A stretch of DNA of 63,112 nucleotides, from positions 84,067,932-84,131,043 of the forward strand of contig NC_068981.1 of the NCBI RefSeq assembly GCF_001194135.2, written 5' to 3'. The notes beneath the pieces were generated by a model. The model worked only from the letters and a program-made list of their open reading frames with translations. It did no database searches and was not told where the DNA came from. Positions within the stretch are counted from its first letter, which is position 1. Each line of letters opens with the position of its first letter. Positions 52,326-63,112 of this stretch are shown here, piece after piece. The position numbers were made by a program, and so were the translations under genes. The stretch comes from Octopus bimaculoides. Its lineage: Eukaryota.

Positions 52326-53165
52326 TTATTATTATTATTCAGTGGTCTTATTTTTATCACGTGCTTTCACTGCACTACCGAACGCAGCTCTGTGTGCCTT
52401 GGGTATGTGCTGTGATTTGTCGTGATGCTCTTATTTTTGCTGTATTGAAAGTATTTTACGTAGGATGCTTGTGGTGCCTTGTAGTGCTATTTTCTATGTT
52501 ATATATACTTGTTAGTCCTGGTGTTTTTGTTATGTATTTGTCTGAATATTTTTTTTATCATACCTATAATAGGAATTGTTTATGTTTTTATCATACTATA
52601 ATAGGAATTGTTTCTGTTTTTAGACTCCACATTCGAGTTACCTCTATTTCCAGGTCTTTGTATTTTGAAAGTTTCTCCATTACTTTTAGAGAAAAATTGT
52701 CATCTGTTGGTATTAATACATCAATTAGAAAACATTTTTTTCTTGGTGATCTCTGACTACTATATCCGGCCTATTGGCCTTTATTTCTCTATCCGTGTGT
52801 ATTGGTATATCTCATAGTATGGTTGCTTTCTCATTTTCTGTGACCTTTTCTGTTGTGCGCTTATACCATCTTTTTTCTGTTGTTATTCCAGTGTTAGCTT
52901 AGCTTCCGACTCTGACGTGTCCGTGAATATATTTCTTCTTAGCCAGGACTGGGCAGCCAGGGACAATGTAGTTTATTGCTTCTTCTCCATCTCCACATAT
53001 TCTGAGTTACATGTGTTTCTTTTCATTAGATGTTTTTGATCATTTGTAGTGGGGAGGCTTTGTTCTTGTGCTACAATTAAAAATCTTTCAGTGTCTGCAT
53101 TGAGTCCTGAGCTTCTCAGCCATTGTTGGTATTTTGTCTTCTCTATTTCTTTTCTGTTTAGTTTA
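52326..53165 (-). mobile_element. 3' fragment of an R4/Dong-like LINE (CCHC + RLE + 3' end) between (TAA)n tracts
   Basis: Minus strand: QQWLRSSGLNADTERFLIVAQEQSL, a decayed CCHC knuckle, DIPIHTDREIKANRPDIVVRDHQEKKCFLIDV..EKLSKYKDLEIEVTRMWSLKTETIPII. Ends GACCACTGAATAATAATAATAA. Confidence 0.9.
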
Positions 53166-53186
53166 TTATTATTTTCATCATCATCA

Positions 53187-53235
<49 letters not shown>

Positions 53236-53267
53236 GTCGTCATCGTCGTCGTTGTTGTTGTTGTTTA

Positions 53268-53450
53268 AAGCGGTGAGCTGGCAGAATCGTTAGCATGATG
53301 GGCGAAATGTTTAGCGGTATTTCTTCCGCCGCCAGGTTCTGAGTTCAAATACCACCGAGGTCGACAATGCCTTTCATCTTTTTGGGATCGATAAATCAAG
53401 TAACAGTAGAGTACTGCCCCCAAATCTCAGGCCTTGTGCATATAGTAGAA
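53268..53450 (+). mobile_element. SINE family C
   Basis: GCGGTGAGCTGGCAGAATCGTTAGC..CTGAGTTCAAATACCACCGAGGTCGAC..GGATCGATAAATCAAGTA. Confidence 0.85.
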
Positions 53451-54022
53451 AGGATCATTTTTGTGAGGAATTGCATCTTTTTGAATCAAGTCTCATCTAA
53501 AACTTCACTTTGGCTTTTTTACTATTCGACAAATCTGCGTGGTAATAACGTTAATACTTTTATCTATAACATGCCAGTTTGTGTTTTGGTGGTGAAAACG
53601 GAACTATCAGTGTTTGTGAGTGTACGTGTTGTTTTCTTTGTCATCTTATTCCGTTTATCCTCGATTTTATTTAGTTCTTTTTTTGTGGGGAGGTACGGTG
53701 TAATCAACACTACATTTTTTGTTCACGGTACTTCTTACCTTAAGTATAGGGAGCAATATTGGTTTTTAATATTTCAATATGAATAGTAATCTTTTGACAG
53801 TATTTTTTTATTTCTTTTCTTAAAAAAATATCTATGAACAAAACAAAACAAAAAAAGCAGACGTTTCGTCCATCCCTCATATTTGTGCAGTTGTCCACAC
53901 GCTTCGAGGACCCCATTTGAAATATAATCAGCACCTACACACGGAAAGAATAACAGAAGAAAAAAACATACATTCAGTAAAACTTCATAATATCCTACAT
54001 GCATCGTTTCATAAGAAAAATC

Positions 54023-54097
<75 letters not shown>

Positions 54098-54115
54098 AAG
54101 AAGAAGAAGAAGAAG

Positions 54116-54148
<33 letters not shown>

Positions 54149-54200
54149 AAAAATGAGCAGCAGCAACAACAATGATAACAATAAAAAACCCTACAACAGC

Positions 54201-54236
<36 letters not shown>

Positions 54237-54244
54237 TATCATCA

Positions 54245-54288
<44 letters not shown>

Positions 54289-54313
54289 GTCATCATCATC
54301 ATTATTATTATTA

Positions 54314-54369
<56 letters not shown>

Positions 54370-55072
54370 GCAGCAGCATTATCTACTGCCTATCTCCACA
54401 ATCATCATGAGTGCCATGATCATTATAAAGCACTTATTTTTCACCAGTATAATCATCAAAATCATAATTATTGTCGTCAGCCTCATAACCATCTCCCCTC
54501 TTTCCTTGATATGATTTCGTTCGGTTCAGAAATCAAAAGATTTTTATGACAAACATAATTATACAAGTTAATTTGTTTTGCTTCTCTGATTCTTGATTCT
54601 ATTCTGCATGTATGTATGTGCATTTACTGCCAGCCAGTGACGTTGTGTGTCCATGCGCTAATGCACAAGTGTATTGCACGTGTGTGTGTGTGTGTATGCG
54701 TGTTTGCAAGTACGTGTGACCATACGCTTGTGCGTATATATGTGTGTGTATATATATATATTCAGTGTTTGTAAGAGTGAGTAAACAGATTTGTTGTATC
54801 ATGTTTAGCAATGTGTAGAAATTGGTTAATACTTGTACATGCCCCTACATTTTGTCAATGAGTATAACTGTGTGCAATATGTGTGTATGTGTGTATATAT
54901 GTTTGTAAATATCTATATAGCTCTCTATCTATTTATTTGTACACGCACAGACACATACACTTATGTATGTACGTACGTACGAATGCATGTATGTATTCAT
55001 ATATCTATATGTCTATCTATATGTTACTAGTTGAAGACAACTAAGACTTTATAATCTGTATATATACATAGG

Positions 55073-55109
<37 letters not shown>

Positions 55110-56010
55110 GTATGTATATGTATATATCTTTATATTTATATATCTACACACACACGTTATATACATCTATTTACTATAGGCATACAGCTGTTTCAAACAT
55201 GCATTTGGGTGCGTTGATGACACGATTTGACCAACCGATAGGTTGATCGACTGAAAATATAGGGGACGACCCAGAAAATGATATCTTCTTCTGGGCCCAT
55301 AAGAAATGAATAAATATACATGACACGTTATTTCTGTCTATTGCATACGGAAAAAAAATGTGCTCTTAATGCAACCACGGATTTACAAAGTTGACTGATG
55401 ATTGATTTCGACTTCGATTTTCTCCTTCGGATTATTTGGAGTACAATACCGATCACAAAACGTTTTTGCTAGCCTGGTGTATTTTTATCTGCAACGGTCT
55501 TAAGAAGTATTTCGCCTTGCTTAATATATACCTTGCTAACCTTCATATGTACGCATTTATGTAAGTATGTATGCATGCATGCATGTATGTATGTATGTAT
55601 GTACATACATACATATGTATGTGTTATGTAGATAGGTAGGTAGGTAGGTAGGTAGGTAGGTAGGTAGGTAGGTAGGTAGGTAGCAGGTAGGTAGGTAGGT
55701 AGGTAGGTAGGTAGGTAGGTAGATAGGTAGGTAGGTAGGAGGTACGTAGGTAGGTATGCATGTAGGTAGGAGGTAGGAAGGGAGGGAGGTAAGTAAGTAA
55801 GTAGGTATCTGTGCATATATATAAGAGCCAAGTTTCGAGGTGTAGAAAGAAAGCTAGCCTCAAGCAAACCGTAGTAAATATAAAACACAACATTCAGGGA
55901 CAATAGTGGTTTATTGAGACGGAAGGTTGTGGATTTTTTCCTATCTAAGTACGATAAACTGAAAAAAGTTATCTTTATATTTCACAGTAGACGACCAGGA
56001 TTGACAGGTG

Positions 56011-56070
56011 TGCCATCCTTAACTACCTCCTACAATTCAGAGATCAAAGAACCCGCTGACATTGCTCTGA
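56011..56070. repeat. 60-bp dispersed repeat; inverted copy at 58351-58410
   Basis: 56/60 identity by direct comparison with the reverse complement of 58351-58410. Confidence 0.9.
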
Positions 56071-56689
56071 GTTAAGGAATGAAGTAGAAAAGATCCTGTC
56101 TACATATGTTTCATAGCGGAACCGCGGAAGTGGTAAATATCCAAGTGAGTTGTATACTGCAGGCTACTCGTCAGGCTAAAGGTATCGTGATTAAACGAAA
56201 ATTTATATTGTGGCAAGGAGGTACTTATCAACAGATGGAAGAGTCGATCAGAACGTGATCAATGTAATCGATAAATACACACAAACACGTGCACGAACGC
56301 ACTCACACACACACACACACACACACATACACACACGTTATAACATTTATAACATTACTTTAAATCAAGGTGGAAAAGGATAGTGTCTATATGCATGATC
56401 GGTTATATCCTATATTTCGTATAAAAAACTGCAGGCATAAATTTCACGTATAATTCGTCATTAGAATTGCCTCCAACAGCTGTTTCATAAGGAATTAGCA
56501 TAATAACCTCCACATTTTCGTCATTAATTAAGTACATTTATTAGATTAATTTCAAATAATACTTACTCCAAATTATCAGGAATATTACGGGCTATGCTAA
56601 CCATAGTCTGATACTGATTATGATCAATCAGCAAAGTTTACATTTTTCTGCTTTTTATTCTGAAGATAGAAATGCATAAGAATTCTGTC

Positions 56690-56870
56690 ATCTCACTGCG
56701 GCTATGTTGCAGTACAATATTACGGATTTAGGCGAAGAAATCGACCCCAGTAATTCTTTTTTGTTCTTTTACGCCTGATATATGCTCTTTGGCCAACAGC
56801 TACAGGGACGTAAACAAACCAATATCGGTTTTAAAGCACTGGTGGCGGACAAACACAAGAGCACCACCCC
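56690..56870 (-). mobile_element. SINE family A degraded 3' half
   Basis: CTGCGGCTATGTTGCAG..AAATCGACCCCAG..GGGACGTAAACAAACC..GGACAAACACAAG. Confidence 0.6.
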
Positions 56871-56936
56871 GCTCACAAACGCTGTTAGATATATACAAAT
56901 ATATATACATAAACGTACATATATAGAGAGAAAGGG

Positions 56937-57019
<83 letters not shown>

Positions 57020-57051
57020 CAGTTAGATGGATAGGTAGGTAGGTGGATATG

Positions 57052-57112
<61 letters not shown>

Positions 57113-57294
57113 TTTATTAGCCACACAGGGCTCAACAAAAATGGGACAAATACAATGTAGAGCTTTTCTTTTTGGGAAGGGGAAGGAGTAAAAAAAATAG
57201 GGGGGGTCGATCAAAAGGGATCGTAGCAAGGGAAAAAAGGGGGACAGTTCGATCAAAAGGGGTCGAGAAAAAATAAGCGATCAATACGGATCGT

Positions 57295-57347
<53 letters not shown>

Positions 57348-57473
57348 CAGATAGACAGATAGACAGACAAACAGACCGATCGATCGATCGATCGATAGAT
57401 AGGTAGATAGANNNNNNNNNNATAGATAGATAGATAGACAGATAGGCAGACCGATCGATCGATCAATCGATAG

Positions 57474-57504
<31 letters not shown>

Positions 57505-57508
57505 GATG

Positions 57509-57549
<41 letters not shown>

Positions 57550-58534
57550 GAGCGCGCGCGTGTGAATGATTGTGCATGGGTACACATATACAAAGCTGGT
57601 TCATTCGTTTCATAGCTTGTATATTTTGCTTAGTGATTTGACCAGTGCTTGTAGTCATGATCTGTTTATTCTTATTAGTTACAACCATCCGTCACTGCTA
57701 TTGATATAATATCATTACAATAGGCTGCTATAACATTTGTTCACTAATAAAAGAAACCGTCAAATAAGGCGACATCACAATTGACATGGTTTTTATCTGC
57801 AGGGTTTGTAAGATAGAGAAAGAGAGAGACAGATAGAAAAAAGAGAAGTGAGTGTGTTCATGTGTGTTTTAGGCCGTATGAGTGTGGATGAAATGATAAT
57901 TTGGAAAGAAGACAGTTCTTTTAGCGAAAGCGTGGTAGAAGCGGTGTGAAGCTTATTTCGTACATAGAGTGAAATAGATGTTCAATTGGAAGAGAGAAAG
58001 AGACGCAAATATTGTGTCTGGGTCTGAATGTGTGTGTATGTTTATAATTTTAGAGTGTGTGTGAATGTGTGTGGAAGAGGAATGAAGAAATATAAAGAGA
58101 AATGGCTGGAAATGTAATCGGGTTTTGTTCGAGGATTGCTTTAAATAGGAAGAAAGTAAAAGAAAGTGTTTGAGAGAGAAAGAATGAAAGAAAGAGGAAG
58201 AGAAGGAATGTGATGAACTGGGTGGGTCTATTGCGTTGGTTGTTAAGACACTAACAGTATATCAAAAGACACTTTGGAATTAAACATCTCCTACTATTGT
58301 TCGGCATAGAATGGAGGTCGCCACTTGAATATTATCAAGAATCGACACGATCAGAGCAAGGCCAGCGGCTTCTTTGATCTCTAAATTGTAGGAGGTAGTT
58401 AAGGATGGCAATTACAACTGCTGAATATGTTCTTCACTGCTTCTGCGCACGCACACACAGATGCCCATACAGACACACACACATAATTACATATGTACAC
58501 ACACAGCGATATCCAATGTATGCATGTGCGTGTG

Positions 58535-58583
<49 letters not shown>

Positions 58584-58879
58584 ATTATATATGTAATATA
58601 TATGTATGTGTGTGTATGTGTGTGTGTATTATGTATGTAATATATATGTATGTGTGTGTGTGTGTATGTGTGTGTGTGTATGTGCGCCTAGTGGGGCGCA
58701 GGCTCGACCTTGTATATTTGTTTGCATACATATACAGTGGCGCACGCCGGGTGAAGAGTGTTAAACCACTTATATCCATATACATGTGTATGATTATGTG
58801 TATGCGTGTGAGAGTGAGTGTGAGTGTATGTGGATGTATATGTGTATGTATATGCGTATGTACGTATGTCTATGGATAA

Positions 58880-58919
<40 letters not shown>

Positions 58920-59325
58920 CAATAAACACACTCAAACAGTCACATTTTATGGATGAGGAAAGGTCCTCAAGGAACTATTTTACACACTATATTCATATGC
59001 GGTAGTGCTTCAATNNNNNNNNNNNNNNNNNNNNNNNNNNNNNNNNNNNNNNNNNNNNNNNNNNNNNNNNNNNNNNNNNNNNNNNNNNNNNNNNNNNNNN
59101 NNNNNNNNNNNNNNNNNNNNNNNNNNNNNNNNNNNNNNNNNNNNNNNNNNNNNNNNNNNNNNNNNNNNNNNNNNNNNNNNNNNNNNNNNNNNNNNNNNNN
59201 NNNNNNNNNNNNNNNNNNNNNNNNNNNNNNNNNNNNNNNNNNNNNNNNNNNNNNNNNNNNNNNNNNNNNNNNNNNNNNNNNNNNNNNNNNNNNNNNNNNN
59301 NNNNNNNNNNNNNNNNNNNNNNNNN

Positions 59326-59395
59326 CTAATATATACTTTTGTTATTTACACCACCTGTCCTCGTCTGTTGTTATTTTTTGTATATTCTCCCATAT
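59326..59395 (+). mobile_element. PLE tail fragment related to 30058-30120
   Basis: CTAATATATAC..ACCACCTGTCCTCGTCTGTTGTTATTTTTTGTA compared with CTAATATACC..CTACCTGTCTTCGTCATTTGTTTTTCTGTA. Confidence 0.55.
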
Positions 59396-59954
59396 ATATA
59401 TATATGTATGTATATATATAAATATATATATATATACACACACGTGTATGTATATATATATATATATACATACATACATACATACATACATACATACATC
59501 ATTCAACCACGGTAGTGGCTGAATATATTCTTAAGTCCACCATTTCGTCAATCACAGTTCTCAACTAAATTGCAAACTGTTAACAGTTTTAGAAAGGACA
59601 CCTCCTAAGCTACACTTTGGCATAAATAGTTAGCGATTTGGTTCAGTAGAAAAAAGTTACATCAAAATATCTGCAGCCTCAAGGGGGTGGGGGGCAGTAA
59701 GGCACCTATTCACCTTCAATTAACAAAAACTTCTTAATTTTTAAATAAAGGTATACTTTTCTTAGGCTTAATTGATAGAAATATGTATGAAGAATTCAGA
59801 GTCGTTAGTCGCATTGAACAAAAATTAGTAGAAGAAAATTATGGGGTGAAATGCCACGAAATTTCGTGTCAGTAAGTATGAGAGTAAGGGAGTAACGCTT
59901 CAGCTATTAGAATTAAAGAATATATTTCTAAAATCAATGGCTACTTTTTTTTAA

Positions 59955-60186
59955 GGCGGCGAGCTGGCAGAAATGTTAGCGCGCCGGGCGAAACGCTTAA
60001 CGGTATGTCGTCTACCGTTACATTCTGAGTTCAAATTCCTCCGAGATTGATTTTTCCTTTCATCCGTTCGGGGTCGATAAATTAAGTACCAGTTACGCAC
60101 TTGTGTCCATGTAATCGACTTAATCCTCTTGTCTGTCCTTGTTTGTCACCTCTATGTTTAGCTCCTTGTGGGCAATAAAGAAATAA
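59955..60186 (+). mobile_element. SINE family C, full length
   Basis: GGCGGCGAGCTGGCAGAAATGTTAGC..CTGAGTTCAAATTCC..TTTCATCCGTTCGGGGTCGATAAATTAAGTACCAG..GGGCAATAAAGAAATAA. Confidence 0.9.
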
Positions 60187-60220
60187 GAAACGTTAGCACG
60201 CTGGGTGAAATGCTTAAAAT

Positions 60221-60615
60221 TATTTCGTCTGTCATTACGTTTTTGAGTTCAAATTTCGCCGAGGTCGACTTTGACGTACAGATTAATTAATTTCTTTTAA
60301 TTAAACACTTTCAAACTTCCTATACTGGTAAAATATGTCACATAGAATAGGTTATATTCTTAAAGTTTTTGACAATTTTTTTGTATTTTAGAAGCGGTAT
60401 TTCGTCTGTCTTTACGTTCTGATTTCAAATTCCGCTGAGGTCGACTTTGCCTTTCATACATTTCGGATCTATTCAATTAGACGCACAGATTATTTAATTA
60501 TTATTTGTTTTTAACTAAACACTTTCAAACTTCCGATACTGGTAGAATGTGTTACATAGAATATGACTTATCTTGACGTTTTTGAAAAAAAATTGTATTT
60601 TAGAAGTTATTTCGT
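60221..60615 (+). repeat. Diverged tandem duplication of a chimeric unit (SINE C piece plus AT-rich segment)
   Basis: Units start at 60221, 60398 and (stub) 60608 with TATTTCGT. The two full units share GAGGTCGACTTTG..TAAACACTTTCAAACTTCC..ATACTGGTA..ACATAGAATA..TTGTATTTTAGAAG. Confidence 0.8.
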
Positions 60616-61901
60616 AAGACGTTACAGAGTGACAATGGACAAATTCGTGTTGGATAAATGCCAATACACAAAACACTCAGCTTTTGACTTACTCCCTAAC
60701 TTTTGCCGATGATATATATACATATTACATATATGTGGAAAAAAATCTCATCACATAACCGACCCAACGAAAGAGCCTCTACCTCGTCGCTCGACACATA
60801 AAAAGTAGTAGCCAATGTATTCCCCTACTCAGTATTTTTTATAACGTAAAATCCTAAAATATCAATTGACACATTATTAATTATCTTATAACAGCAATAC
60901 CTGAAAAAAATCATGGATTACATGGAAAAATGCGAGCATGAAAATATTCTTAAGACTATAAACCTGGAAAAGTACAGGACAAGTTATTATACCTGTAAAA
61001 GTATAGGACAAACTATTACTTCAAGTAAAGTAAAGAATAAGAAACATTTGCTTTCGTTTTATATTATCGGCTGAGCATAGTNNNNNNNNNNNNNNNNNNN
61101 NNNNNNNNNNNNNNNNNNNNNNNNNNNNNNNNNNNNNNNNNNNNNNNNNNNNNNNNNNNNNNNNNNNNNNNNNNNNNNNNNNNNNNNNNNNNNNNNNNNN
61201 NNNNNNNNNNNNNNNNNNNNNNNNNNNNNNNNNNNNNNNNNNNNNNNNNNNNNNNNNNNNNNNNNNNNNNNNNNNNNNNNNNNNNNNNNNNNNNNNNNNN
61301 NNNNNNNNNNNNNNNNNNNNNNNNNNNNNNNNNNNNNNNNNNNNNNNNNNNNNNNNNNNNNNNNNNNNNNNNNNNNNNNNNNNNNNNNNNNNNNNNNNNN
61401 NNNNNNNNNNNNNNNNNNNNNNNNNNNNNNNNNNNNNNNNNNNNNNNNNNNNNNNNNNNNNNNNNNNNNNNNNNNNNNNNNNNNNNNNNNNNNNNNNNNN
61501 NNNNNNNNNNNNNNNNNNNNNNNNNNNNNNNNNNNNNNNNNNNNNNNNNNNNNNNNNNNNNNNNNNNNNNNNNNNNNNNNNNAATATGAAATCAATTGGA
61601 ATAAAAAAAATGAAGAAATTGAGAAGTGGTAGCCAAACAGAAAAGATCCTTCTTTTGTGAAAGAAATGTGTTTCTCTTGGCTACTGTGTGATCATAAAAC
61701 TCCATATGCCGTTACTGATGAAGCAGACGCGCTAAGCCTGTGGCATTTCATGAGAATCTTGGACATTGAGCATTTGCCGTCGTACATTGTCACATAACTC
61801 GTTTCCTTCATTAAGCTGTAATTCGGGTCAAGCGAATACCAAGGCCGAGGACGAGATCTCCCTACCAGTCCCCAAATTTAGGATCCAAAATTATCGTTGT
61901 T

Positions 61902-61934
<33 letters not shown>

Positions 61935-61950
61935 TTACTGGTGGTGGTGC

Positions 61951-62006
<56 letters not shown>

Positions 62007-63014
62007 ATTTGATTCAATCCTTAAGAATACGTTAGGTGGGACGTACTAATTATATATTTCATGACGTTGGTTTTTTGGGGGTTTTTTTATTTACAGCATT
62101 TCAGAATAGGACACATAATCTGAGAAAAAATAAATAATGTAGAATAACATTAAAATGTTTTAAAATGTTACAAGTGATAAAGGGCCAAACAGTAAGTAAC
62201 ACAGACAACAGCTTTAACATACATGGTAAATACACATGAAAAAAAGAATACAGATATACTAAGAAAATAGAAGTTAACATTAAGATTTACAACACCCTAG
62301 AAACACTTGAGGAAAATATTCTACGAAATCTAAGACCGTAAAACGTACGTTTACAGTTTCCTTTAAACACTTACATAATCACATATTATAAAATAGTGAA
62401 AAACTATTAGAAATTAAAGTAGTGATGAGGAGACGCTAATGGTGTGGAAGAAATATTTGTTTTAGTATCAATATACTCGGTATCATTGCGACTATAACTG
62501 ATATCGTTACTGTTTCTATTATTCACGATATAGATACTGTTTGTCGTTATTTTTAGTTTGCAGTCTTATTTGTGTTTCTTTTTTTGCGTTATTTTTCTTC
62601 TCATTCGGTTCTCATTAAATACTGTCAACATTTCAATTTAAAACACATCTGTATATTTATCTCAATATTTCTACACCATTATATTTTTCTTTTTCTTTTT
62701 TCTGTTCTTACATTGCATTCATCAAGTTCTCTTAAAACATTGTAATTTGCTCACCCCGAAAAAGTGTAAACGACAGAATGTCAGGATATCCGATAGCCGA
62801 CGATAACTTCTAAGTCTGGTAAAATTCTTTTGATGCCATTACTAGCTGAAAAATCAACAGTTAAAATGAATGTACATATATGCATACATACATAGATATA
62901 CATACAGATGGATACGCATTCACACATACATGCGCAAGCTCTCACGTTGATACATACATATAGCTGCCAACATAGCTGACTACATACATACATGCATGAG
63001 CAAACACAAACACA

Positions 63015-63082
<68 letters not shown>

Positions 63083-63083
<1 letters not shown>

Positions 63084-63112
63084 TCTTTTATTCTTTCACT
63101 TGTTTCAGTCAT
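63083..63112 (-). mobile_element. 3' terminus of a SINE family A copy running off the window
   Basis: TTCTTTTATTCTTTCACTTGTTTCAGTCAT. Confidence 0.7.

Noticed and set aside
53855-53935. Minus-strand GGAC-GAAA-CGTC-TGC with upstream GTCC and CTGATTA
   Set aside because: The core has G8 to U and is 13 nt away from the stem II strand, so the geometry does not fit.
57300-57490. Duplicated (GATC)n/(GATA)n block
   Set aside because: The copies flank a 10-N gap, so this is most likely overlapping contig ends.
61716-61750. CTGATGA-A-GCAG..CTGT as a hammerhead
   Set aside because: It is followed by GGCA rather than GAAA, and there is no stem III or stem I.

Overview
An AT-rich, microsatellite-saturated animal genomic window with 15 N-gaps, mostly at simple repeats, typical of a short-read assembly. 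The repeat families suggest an Octopus-like cephalopod; this is recognition, not a database result. No host protein-coding gene can be supported, and almost all listed ORFs are translations of microsatellites or gaps. Supported content: many tRNA-headed SINE copies from at least four families; two Penelope-like elements (PLEs), one preceded by an inverted copy of its own 3' end; three fragments of R4/Dong/NeSL-type LINEs; a frameshifted gag-like ORF1 with a CCHC knuckle; two mariner remnants; and several MITE/foldback elements. The most interesting signal is a set of minimal, palindromic-stem-III type I hammerhead ribozyme motifs. One has all catalytic-core residues (5866-5952). One sits in a composite tRNA-headed SINE tail (50315-50360, with a complementary half copy at 10253-10270). 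Decayed or half motifs occur in a PLE tail and at the 3' end of the commonest SINE. All alignments and folds were done by eye.
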